DNA of 32,000 bases, taken from Wallemia ichthyophaga EXF-994 (lineage: Eukaryota > Fungi > Basidiomycota). Position 1 is the stretch's first letter. The number at the start of each line of letters is the position of its first letter. The notes beneath the pieces were generated by a model, which was not told the DNA's origin, did not search any database, and saw nothing but the letters and a program-made list of their open reading frames with translations. The position numbers and the translations under genes are program-made. Shown one piece after another: positions 9,672 through 20,000 of this stretch. Location: the NCBI RefSeq assembly GCF_000400465.1, contig NW_008806293.1, positions 154,280 to 186,279 on the forward strand. Direction: 5' to 3'.

Positions 9672-10943
9672 CTAATCAATGCTCGTATAATACACAGTAC
9701 TAATAAATTTCCTTCTGTAGCGCGTAGTAGTCCCGACAGCGAGCACGCCGCCGCGGATAGCGCTAGCAGTGAGATGTCTGAGGGTCACGTGATTGGGGAT
9801 AGGTAAGACGCTATTATCGTCAAGAGTGCCTCCGTGTGGGACAGTGCTGTTAGCGGGTGGGGCGATTTGGGGAGGCTGGGCGTTGAGGACGACTCTTTCA
9901 AGCTGTCGAGGAAGCATGGGTGGTTCAGGGAGGAAGGTGTGTGATGAGTGTGATGAGTGTGCGTTGTGCGCGCTGTCTCCCTCCCCCGACTCGAGGTTGG
10001 CATATGTGACTAGCATCTGGGGTATGTCGGTGGTGTACTCGTGTGGAGGAGTTGGATCGTGATGCGTGTGTGGATTTGATGGGTTCGAGTGAGTAAGTGA
10101 GTGTTGTGTACCATCTTGATCATCTGCGCATTGTAAATCACCTTCTTTAGCAGATTGAGGGGTGATTATGCGCGTGTTGTTGATTTCCGTATGAGTGTGC
10201 TCCTTTCTATCATTCTCAGCCAACTTGGGTACTTCAATGTAGTTGACCATCAAGCCATCATCATCTGTGGCAGTTTGTAGGTCATCGCTCACCCGCCAGT
10301 TATTATCCACTACGAAAACAATCCTGTGGTGACCTGGAGGGAGTTTAACACAGGTAACAAAGTCTTTCTCGCTTCTGGTCATGGGTACGCTTGTCTTCCA
10401 ACCAGGACCAAATCGAACTTGAGCATCGTTACCACCACCACGCCAACTCAAGACAGTATCAGTGAGCTCATCCGAGTTTTCATCGTCTCTATTAACAGCA
10501 GCTGCATTATAAGCAGGTAGATCGCTGCCGTCATCGAGTTTGAGGTTGATTGCGGGTGGTTGAGATGCGGGGACGGTGGGGAAGTAGCTGGCTTGAAGGG
10601 CGACGGCGGCGTCGATGAGGGGGGAGCTCACGGAACCAGGCTGAGGACACCAGGCGGGCGGAGGCGGTGGAGTAGCGCGGGTAGTGTGGGTGATGGAGGG
10701 GTTGTGGGTGCTGTTACTGTTGTCGTGGGAGATGTCCGTAGGAGGTTGTTGGCTGAGATCACCACCGAATGGCAACAAATCAGGTAATTCTAAGCTACGG
10801 CGCCGGGGAAACTCAGCATTACGGCGTGGTTGTTGAGCTTTATAAGCGGCAGCTTGTTGTTGACTGGCTTGGCGATTGTGGGTCGCGATATCCTTTATGC
10901 TCTGCTGCCTCTGTGTGTTGCTGGAGGAGGCGCTGTTTCCCAT
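9672..10943 (-). CDS. SNF1/AMPK complex beta subunit (Sip1/Sip2/Gal83 family), single exon
   Basis: N-myristoylation start MGNSASS, CBM48/GBD domain (LSWRGGG...KLPPGHHRIVFVVDNNWRVSDD) and C-terminal ASC domain (PPMLPRQLERVVLN...LPIPNHVTLRHL...TTTRYRRKFISTVYY). Confidence 0.9.
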   Translation of the reverse strand: MGNSASSSNTQRQQSIKDIATHNRQASQQQAAAYKAQQPRRNAEFPRRRSLELPDLLPFGGDLSQQPPTDISHDNSNSTHNPSITHTTRATPPPPPAWCPQPGSVSSPLIDAAVALQASYFPTVPASQPPAINLKLDDGSDLPAYNAAAVNRDDENSDELTDTVLSWRGGGNDAQVRFGPGWKTSVPMTRSEKDFVTCVKLPPGHHRIVFVVDNNWRVSDDLQTATDDDGLMVNYIEVPKLAENDRKEHTHTEINNTRIITPQSAKEGDLQCADDQDGTQHSLTHSNPSNPHTHHDPTPPHEYTTDIPQMLVTYANLESGEGDSAHNAHSSHSSHTFLPEPPMLPRQLERVVLNAQPPQIAPPANSTVPHGGTLDDNSVLPIPNHVTLRHLTASAIRGGVLAVGTTTRYRRKFISTVYYTSID

Positions 10944-11189
10944 CAGATGGATTAATCAGATGATGGTGGTTTGTGATCAAGAAGGCTTTCGCCGGTGATT
11001 AGACGGTATCGGGATTTGAGCAGGAGTACATGGCACACAACAAAATACTAGACATGAACAACCACTTTAATGCTTGTAAAATGCCTCTGAAAATCTTCAC
11101 ACACAGCAGCCAACGAATCCCAAATGCTTAACCAATGGATCGGACACGTACACATTTTAAACTGCAACGACTGCAACGGCAACACCAGT

Positions 11190-11600
11190 TTAGTCAAAGA
11201 GACCGAGACCCATGTCGTCATCGGATTCTTCCTTGGCCTCTTCCTAAAGGAGAGTTAGATTACAACAAACAGCAAATACCGTTCAAACCTTCTTTGGTGC
11301 CTCCTCTGCTGGGGCATCAGCTTGAGCAGCTGGAGCACCTGCAGCTGGGGCAGCAGCAGCACCGGATGAGACGTTGGTGAGAATCTCAGCGACATCCTTG
11401 CCCTCGAGGGCCTTGGCGAGGAGTGTTGCCCAGATGGCCTCGACCTCCACACCTGCTGCTGAGGTGAGCTTGAGAATGTTCTCTGCCTCGAGTGGCACGT
11501 TCTCGTCAGCCAAGATGAGTGAGGCGTAGGTGCTGTGGGCGTGGCATTAATTATTTTACAATCGTACACGCTCCACGTACGTTGCGAGTTCAGCTGACAT
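11190..11600 (-). CDS. RPP1: 60S acidic ribosomal protein P1; exons 11600-11581, 11532-11289, 11243-11190
   Basis: [16 protein letters not shown]...[19 protein letters not shown], Ala/Pro hinge and C-terminal [13 protein letters not shown]; introns of 48 and 45 nt. Confidence 0.95.
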
Positions 11601-11936
11601 TGGTGCTTTTTGAGTTGTTGTCCTGAAAGACTATTGCGCCTCCCAAAAATTATATTCGCACTCTGGAAAAATTTATAAAATGTTGTATTTGGAAGAGGTG
11701 CGCGTGGGCGGTGTTTATACGTGTCCTGTATGTGCTGCGTGTACTGTTTATTGTGCATTTACCCTCATCCCATGTGATGTTAAGGAGGTAGATCAGTATC
11801 GCTAATTCCATCGATATTCTTGGAGATCTGTACTCCCGTCACTCACAGCTCCTCGCTGCCCCTTTTCACGCTCTTAAATTTCCCCTCCCCGCTCTTCTCC
11901 CGCACGGCCACCAACGACGCACACACACACACCCAC

Positions 11937-13796
11937 ATGGCCATTCCATACCCCTCCACGGCCCATCTCCGCCACCGCAAGGCCAATTCGCTCAACAAGC
12001 CTGGATACATTCCCCAGCATGGTCCACCACCGAAGCTCTCGCTGATCAACAGGATGCGCATCTTTCTGCTGAATGACGGGCTCAGCTATCTCTTTATAGG
12101 TGTGTGGGTGCTCCTCTGTAGTCTGGTCTTTGGGCTGGGCTTTGTGAATTACGATCTCAACGACAACTATGCCGGGGGTGAGTGGGGGCGACGATCCCGA
12201 GGGCATACACACACTCACACAGTCCCGCAGCTCGCGCAGTCTTTGGGCGCTCCTTTGTCAGTGCAAAGAGCGCCGCTATCTGCCTGCACATCAACATCGC
12301 CTTCATCCTTTTCCCTGTCTGCCGTACGCTCGTCTCGTACGCACGCAGCACACCTTTGGGCCAGGTGATACCCTTCGACAAGCACATAGATTTCCACAAA
12401 ATAGTTGGCTATGCGGTGTGTGTGTTTACAGTCCTGCACATCCTGTCCCACCAGTCCAATTTCGCGCGTCTAGCGCAGCACAACGGCACGGGATTCAAGG
12501 GCTTCTTTCTCTCCAACTTCGCCTCTGGGCCGGGAGCGACGGGGTGGATCATGACGGCATGTCTTGCCACAATGGTGTACTTTGCGCGTCAGAAAAAAAT
12601 GCGTCGCGCGAATACCGGCTACGAACGTTTCTGGTACTCGCACCACCTCTTTATTCCCTTCTTCGTGCTGTGGCAGTCGCATGGGATGTTCTGCATGATC
12701 CAGCCGGACACTCCACCCTACTGCGACTACTCACAAGTGGGTGTGTTCTGGAAATACTGGCTGGCGGGAGGTGTGATATACATCGGCGAGAGACTGCTGC
12801 GCGAATGGCGCGCTCGTCAGCTCACCTACATCAGCAAAGTCATCCAACATCCCTCACAAGTCATTGAGTTGCAGATACGCAAAGAGGGCATCAAAACGCA
12901 GGCAGGTCAGTACATCTTCCTTAATTGCCCTGCACTCTCCCTCTGGCAGTGGCACCCTTTTACTCTCACTAGCGCCCCTGAAGAGGATTACATCAGCGTG
13001 CATATTCGCGTAGCGGGTGATTTCACCCGCGCTCTTGCTGATACCCTCGGTTGCGACTTTGAGCAAAACGACAAAGTCATCGAGGGCGCTCATCCGAATA
13101 GCTCACACGCTGGTATCGTTAATAGAGTCCTCCCCCGCGTTATGGTCGATGGTCCATTCGGGTCTGCCAGTGAGGATGTGTTTAATGTGAGTGTGGTAGT
13201 TGGTGTGACGGGAGTATATCCCTTCTGACAACCACCTGCAGTACGAAATCGCTGTGCTCGTCGGCGCTGGTATCGGTGTTACCCCTTTCGCCAGCATCCT
13301 AAAAGATATTTGGTACAGAGCTCATTGGCCAGATCCCTCCAAACCGACGCGTCTTAGTAAGGTGTATTTTATATGGGTCATACGGGATTTCGGCTCGGCA
13401 GAGTGGTTCCATTCGCTTTTGCATGCCATCGAAGAGCAGGATTTGGACAACTACATTGAAATTCAGACATACCTCACCGCCAAGATCAAATTTGATGACA
13501 TACAAAACATTCTTGCTCACGATATAGGTAGTGAGAGAGATGCAATTAGTGGTCTGCGCGCTCCAACTAACTTTGGTAGACCAAATTGGGATCGAATCTT
13601 TGAGAATATTACTGCTAAACATCCAAATACTGACGCTGGTGTGTTTTTCTGCGGCCCTCCCGTTCTTGGATCGGCTTTGCATAAGGGTTGCAATAAACAT
13701 TCTAATCCGAAAAGCACTAGATTTTTGTGGGTGTTTCATGCGTTTTTTTGGGTGCTCACTGATGCAGAAAATAGCTTCGGTAAAGAGAATTTCTAG
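11937..13796 (+). CDS. noxB: NADPH oxidase, fungal NoxB/Nox2 type (gp91phox homolog); exons 11937-12177, 12231-13186, 13242-13726, 13775-13796
   Basis: Heme-ligand His pairs (FHKIVG...VLHILSH; YSHH...QSHG), FAD motif HPFTLTS, NADPH motifs GAGIGVTPF and FFCGP, terminal KENF. NoxB-type strings include ILFPVCRTL, CMIQPD and TYISKVIQHPS, with an N-terminal extension. Confidence 0.9.
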
Positions 13797-13960
13797 GTGT
13801 GGTTTGTGGGAATGTCACACAATCACACACTGCTATACAAAATAAATATCATTGTCTGGTTATTAACAAGCATCCTGCTTTTTCTTTGTTGCTATGTATG
13901 TACCGGGAGTATTATGTAGCGATATAGAAGCGTTTTTATGGCGATATGTGAAGGTGCCTC

Positions 13961-15169
13961 CTACAATACCAACTGCTTATCAAAAGAAGCTAATGCAATG
14001 GCTAGTGATGCAGAGGTATCAGAGTCACCGCCGAGGAAGTTGTATTGAGGTTCATTTTGCTTACTTATCAATTGCTGATCGTCTGTTGGTGTGCGAGGGG
14101 TGTGGGAGGTGTGAGAGGTGTGAGAGGTGTGCGAGTCATTGACAGTATTCGACCTGTTCACACGATCTACACCGTCAAAATCAAGCTGCGGGAGAGACAT
14201 GAAAGGTTGAGTGGGCATACCCTTCTTATCAGCCCCCTTACCGTCCTCCTTATCGCTATCACCACTGCGCATAGCTCCACGCTTAGACGGCTTCCATTTG
14301 GTCGGCTTCTCGCGAGTAGTGAGTCGTGGATCATACACAAAGCGGCGTCGCGGATGCTCGTAGCGCACTTTGGCGGGCAAGTCCTTCACGTCGAAGGAGA
14401 CGACGATGGATATTCTGTCAAGGTGGCTTGTAGGTGGAAAGAAATTGCTAATTTTGAGCGACTCTACGCGCAAGGGTACTTTAGCCGCGCGTTCCATGAG
14501 TGATGAGTCAGTACCGGGTGAAAAAACACAGTCAGTGGCATAAATAAGTGTTTTAGCAGGATTGATTGCCCTGCCATCAGCGCGAATGAGAGTTTTCTTC
14601 AGCTGTCCCACCGTCCAATCGCCATCCGCGTCGACTATGATAGGAGGGGTCTTGTCTTGGATGCTGATGTCATCCTGGAAAGAGGCGAGGAGAGTGTGAG
14701 TGTCGTTGGCAAACGGGACAACCCTTGCAATCAGGTGTATAATATCGTCACGCTTAACCCACCCCCCAGTACCCTTCTTACCACGCTTGATAAGATTGCT
14801 CACTTGCATGTCGTCATCGCTCAGATACGAACCTTCAAAGTAAGACAGTATCGAAGTGTTTTGCAAGTGCTGTTTGTTGTGTTGTCTGAACTGAGCTTCT
14901 GCGCCAACGTCGATCTGTGTCTTGTAGATGCGAATACAGTTGAGGAGTAGTTCCTCATCGTCTATCAGCTCAAATAGGTCACCACGTCCACGCAGCTTCT
15001 CCTGCTTGACGATCTCAGCCTTGAGATCTCTGACAGTATAACTCGCTGGGAACGACACGGTGAATGGCGTTGCTCGTGATTCTGGGTTATCGAAGACGAC
15101 ACGCAGCTTGATTAATGGAGGTGTCTGCCTTAAGGAGAATAGAGCAGTGAGCGATTTAGATTTGAGCAT
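13961..15169 (-). CDS. Orphan protein with two tandem ubiquitin-fold-like domains resembling Crinkler (CRN) N-terminal domains and a low-complexity tail
   Basis: Long uninterrupted ORF with ATG at 15169. The repeated pattern is F.V.F....TV.DLK.EI / I.IYK / IHLIARVVP, then TVGQLKK.L / LIYA / ISNFFP..ISIVV. The family call is by eye only. Confidence 0.6.
   Translation of the reverse strand: MLKSKSLTALFSLRQTPPLIKLRVVFDNPESRATPFTVSFPASYTVRDLKAEIVKQEKLRGRGDLFELIDDEELLLNCIRIYKTQIDVGAEAQFRQHNKQHLQNTSILSYFEGSYLSDDDMQVSNLIKRGKKGTGGWVKRDDIIHLIARVVPFANDTHTLLASFQDDISIQDKTPPIIVDADGDWTVGQLKKTLIRADGRAINPAKTLIYATDCVFSPGTDSSLMERAAKVPLRVESLKISNFFPPTSHLDRISIVVSFDVKDLPAKVRYEHPRRRFVYDPRLTTREKPTKWKPSKRGAMRSGDSDKEDGKGADKKGMPTQPFMSLPQLDFDGVDRVNRSNTVNDSHTSHTSHTSHTPRTPTDDQQLISKQNEPQYNFLGGDSDTSASLAIALASFDKQLVL
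14099..14134. repeat. 9-bp tandem repeat GGTGTG(A/G/C)GA x4, coding (SHT)n on the minus strand
   Basis: Direct inspection. Confidence 0.85.
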
Positions 15170-15546
15170 TTCTTTGGCTGTACTCAGCAACCCCCGCTGT
15201 CTTTCCAAATTGAGTTACAGTGGCAGCTGTCACTAGATTCTTTATTTGGTTTAAATTGATTTTATTCGCCTAATTTGTGTCGCTCGCCGATCTCCTCCTC
15301 GCTGTTCCGTTTCAAGTTGCTCAATCGACTGCCCCCGAAGCGCACGGGCCGTGCCGTGTGGTCTTGCTCTAAGTTGCCTTCTCTTTACTGCTAATTTGTT
15401 GTTTGGTCAGTGCGGCTGCTTCTGCTCTAAATAGTGTACGCATTTAGTATTTTTCTTTTCCCGGATTATTTCCCCGCGATCGGCACATGTGGTTGATTAA
15501 GCGGATGTGAGTTGTGTGTGAGTATGTGTGCGTGTGCATTTCCTGC

Positions 15547-15580
15547 CATATCTCCCATATCTCCCATATCTCCCATCTCC
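15547..15580. repeat. 9-bp tandem repeat CATATCTCC x3 plus a partial copy in the 5' leader of the TBC gene
   Basis: Direct inspection. Confidence 0.85.
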
Positions 15581-15610
15581 CCCATTTTCCCTTAGTCTCC
15601 AACCATCATC

Positions 15611-17015
15611 ATGTCGTTCAGCACCCACAGTGCAAACGACACATCGCTCCACTCCCAGCTCAACACCGCCCTTTCATCCAACGATACCCACAATATACGC
15701 CGTCTAGTGCGGCTATCTGCGCTGAGCAGCAATCGCGAGCTGCGAACGAGGACTTGGTGAGGCGTGCTGAGCGAGATACAGCGCACGTCTCTCACACGGT
15801 GTTATTAGGTGTCACGTGATGGGTGTGAGCGGTGAAGGCAGAGAAGGCACAAAAGAAGCCAAAGGCACAGGAGAAGGCAAAGGAGAAGGCACAGATACAG
15901 GCATATCCACTTCAACACACCACGATACAGCGCGGCAGTGGTTCATGTTGTCGTCCTTCAATCCAGTTCGTGACGGCACACGCCTTAATCTCACAACCCA
16001 CTTTGACCTCAACAAGCAAGACAAGCGACGTCTACTCACACCCCACCCCGATGAGAACCAACTGCGACTCGATATCGACCGCTCATTGATCCACTACCCA
16101 CTTCACGTGACTTTACAGCACAAGAATCAACTCAAGGCACTCCTCTACGATTTAATTACAACCACTCTCCGCTTACATCCCACTCTAAGCTATTTCCAAG
16201 GCTTTCATGATGTCATCACTGTCATTCTCGTTGAGCTTGACGTTGATGTCGGTGTTTTGCAAGCTTTCATACACCGTTTTACCCTGCATTGGTGCAGAGA
16301 TGCGATGGGCGTGGGTTTGGAGCCTGTGCGGGGATGGTTGCGCGTGTTGCACAAGATACTAATTGCAGTCGACCCTGACGTGGCCATTATCGTTGAACAA
16401 GCCGCTCCAGAACCCTTTTTTGCACTGTCGTGGATACTAACGCTGTTCGCACATGACGTTGTCGATCAACCTACCATTGCCCGTCTATTCGATTTTTGGA
16501 TCGTCGAAGGTCCACCTGCCCTGGTGTATTTCTGCGTAGCGCTTGTGATGGCTGAGAAGGAGAGACTAGTGGAGCTGGCTGGGGAGTGTGACGGTAAAGA
16601 TGCTCATGAAAAGATTGATGACATTGACAACACTGCTAACATACACCAATTTCTCGCTCATATACCCAAATGTCTCAATGAAAAACTTACTCAAGTTATG
16701 GAAATGGCGATGAATATTAGACAGCGCTTTCCACTTAATCACCCTTTGATTGATGTGGATGGGATTATGGGAAGACAGTCGGTGTTAAGGTCACCACCAT
16801 TCTCAATCACTGATCGCGCTGCAGAGTTGGCGGTGGGGAGACTTGAGTGTCTGGTGAGACAGCCACTGCCATCTATAGAGTTTAGCGGGGCAGAGAGGAG
16901 AAGGAGGAGAATATCGCGGGATAGGCGTAGACAGCAATTCAAGTGGGCAGTCACGCTCGGAGTGACACTCGCTGCTGCTGCATATGGATATTACTCGAGA
17001 CACCAAATAAAATAA
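15611..17015 (+). CDS. TBC-domain Rab GTPase-activating protein, Gyp8/TBC1D20-like, tail-anchored; exons 15611-15756, 15809-17015
   Basis: R-finger LRLDIDRS, Q-finger SYFQGFHDV, FALSWILTLFAHD and a C-terminal TM helix; a 52-nt intron yields LRTRTWCHVMGV. Confidence 0.85.
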
Positions 17016-17072
17016 GCCAATCGAATGCATTTCCTTGATTTTCCTTATTTCCCTCTGTCTGCAACGACCATC

Positions 17073-20000
17073 ATGTTAAAGCCAAAGATAAGCCGGAGTG
17101 GGGAATTATCTCAATAGCATTGAGCCCTCTAATAATATAAATTAGCCAGATTGCGTCGCTATCAACACACGATACACAGGAATCAAGTCGGTGTGCAGCT
17201 ACTCACACCATCTCTTCGTAAACAACTCTATCCGCGGGATCTGCAGGGTCCTGACAGTGCTACCATAAATATCGCGTTGGAACATTTACAAAAGCACGAT
17301 CTCGGTGGCACTGGATCCACTCTCCCACCCACCACCTTCACTCTCCCGCCCCTCCAAGGACCCGATATAGACAATCACTTCTACAGAATTGGCAGTGAGG
17401 CTGCACAACCGTATCTTTCTCTTTCGCGGACTTTCTCCGCCTCGAATCTCCCCCCGTACCCAGATTCTTGGGTCACTGATACCCCCGGCTGGACTGTATA
17501 CGATGCAGACGGCAGCTACAAATCTATCCAAAATGGTCCCAGCGGTGAGTCTATGCTCGTGTTTGACGTGGAGACCCTTCCCCATCTATCCCAGCACGCT
17601 GTGATGGCGGTAGCCGCCTCACCCACACACTGGTACTCGTGGATATCGCCCTATTTAACCGGGCATTCGGAGACCACTGAGCATTTTATACCACTCGGAG
17701 AGAGCCACAAGAGTTACGATCGTGATGGCCACGGGAGACCTGCAAGACCTCGGATCATTATCGGCCACAATGTCGGATTCGATAGAGCACGACTTGGTTC
17801 AGAGTACTCCCTTCATCTCTCTTCTAACCGTTTCATCGATACTATGTCGCTGCACGTCGCTGTGCGCGGCATGTCCAGTCCACAGCGCCCAGCGTGGATC
17901 GCCCACCAGCGCGACAAAAAGACAGAACGCGATCATGCACGCGAAGCAAGCCAGTCGATCAAGAACATTCTCGCAGAGCGCGACGATCCTGAGCTGCTAC
18001 TGTCTCTGATGCGATACGAGCGAGAAGAGCGAGAAGCGCAGGAAGCACTCGACCGCGCTTTTGAGATGGGTGAGATGGGTGGTAACAGTAGTAGTGGCAG
18101 TGGCGAAAGCGAAAGCACCACCACAGACACCCCCGACGACCACAAACTGTGGCAGGACATAGCCTCCTCCAACTCGCTCAGCAACGTATACGAACTCTAC
18201 CATCCCCGCAGACAGCCTCTAGAGAAGGAAGTGCGGGGGTATTTCACTGATCCATCGAGCAACGCGCATACGCTGAGACACGAATTGCAGCATCTCATGC
18301 ATTACTGCGCCGTAGACGTTCAGGCGACGCACGACGTATACAGCAAGGTCCTTCCACTATTCCTCGACCGCTGCCCACATCCCGTCAGCTTTGCGGGTAT
18401 GCTCGGCATGGGCAACTCTTTCCTGCCTATTGACACCTCGTGGCGGGAGTACCTGCGCAAAGCGGAAGGTAAGTACAGGGAGCTGTCGGAAAATGTTCAG
18501 ACCAGCTTAGGGGAACTGGCTCAATTTGCCCGTGGGAAAATGGACGATGAGTCGTGGAGAGATGATGTGTGGCTCGCGCAGCTCGATTGGACACCAAAAC
18601 GTACAAGGGGCGTGAGACGCGGGAGTGGGAGCGGGAGTAGGAGAGAAACAGTCTCGACGTACATACCCTCTTGGCTCGCTAAACTTCTCTCGACACGCAC
18701 AGCATCCTTCGTCAGCTCACCCACTCTCAAATCTACCCTGTTGCCCTACTTGCTACAAATCAAGTACCTGGGTCATCCCGTTGTGTTCACGACAACTCTC
18801 GGCTGGGCAGCGAGAGTGAGACGGAGTAGTACTACAAAGGGTGAAGAACAAAAAAGCATCCCGCTCAAGGAAGGAGATGTGAGGTATGACGAGTTGCAGA
18901 ACTACTACTTTCTTCCACTCCCAGGTTTAGCCACGGGTAGTTTAATAAGCAGACTGCTCCTGCGACTCGTGAAAGATGGCAGCCTCACTAGCATTCTCAA
19001 ACAAGAGGATCTGCTCAAGGTGTTTGAGGGGTATGAAATGGCCTCTGACTATCTAATCAGTAAAGTGGCTTTGGATAGCTACTTGAATTCTTCCCCAGAC
19101 TCCACTGAATCCCCTGAACCATCATACTCGCCCACCTACGCACAGCTCAAGGAACTTGATTGGACACCTGCCAAATTAACTCCACTTATGAATAAGAAGC
19201 TGCTTGAGGCTGCTGAGCGCACAGGCGTGTCTTTGGACCAGACATTCTTACAATCTGCCAACGCACTTAAAGCACCAGCTGCTGCATCCGCCGCACAACC
19301 ACAGATGCAACCGAAGTGGTACTGGGATCTGGAAGGGAAGTTAAAGCGGGAAGAAGGTGAAGAGGAAGGAGGAGGAGAAAAGAAAGGGAAAGTACAAGTC
19401 TCTACACGCAGTAAATTATCCCCCATTCTACTCAAACTACGCTGGCTCGACTATCCAGTTTTCCACTCACGCAAACATGGCTATGTATACAGAGTGCCTC
19501 GTGCAGATATCTCCACTGGTAAACACACCACCCGCCAGCCCACATTATCCTTCAAACATCCCGCCGATGACCACCTCGCTGGGATGGAGAGCGATTTCGC
19601 CTTCTATAAGATACCACATAAAGACGGCGAGGAGCACAACGTCGGTAATCTTCTCTCTAAAGGCTTCATACATGCTTTGGAGTCAGGGATGCTGAGCAGT
19701 GAGGACGACACGGCTCATGCGGCCATGTCACTCAATGCCCAGTGCAGCTATTGGATTAGTGCAAGGGAGAGAGTTATCAAGCAGTTTGCTGTTTTTGATG
19801 GAACGAGTGGGTTAGATATGGGAATGAAAGATGGCGTGGAAGGTGGTGTGCAAAATGGTGTACAAAGCGTCAATTTCAATGAAAGCACTCGAGAAACTAC
19901 CTACCCTCACAAACGCGGCATGATCCTTCCAGAAGTTATCACCATGGGCACCATCACTCGCCGAGCAATTGAAAAAACCTGGCTTACTGCATCTAACGCC

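Noticed and set aside
9074-9806. Overlapping plus-strand ORFs 9074-9460 and 9444-9806, and many similar antisense ORFs in the track
   Set aside because: They are shadows of GC-rich genes on the opposite strand or frame, with no recognisable motifs.
13961-14010. UIM-like motif DSDTSASLAIALASFD at the C-terminus of the Crinkler-like protein
   Set aside because: The Ala-to-Ser spacing does not fit the UIM consensus.
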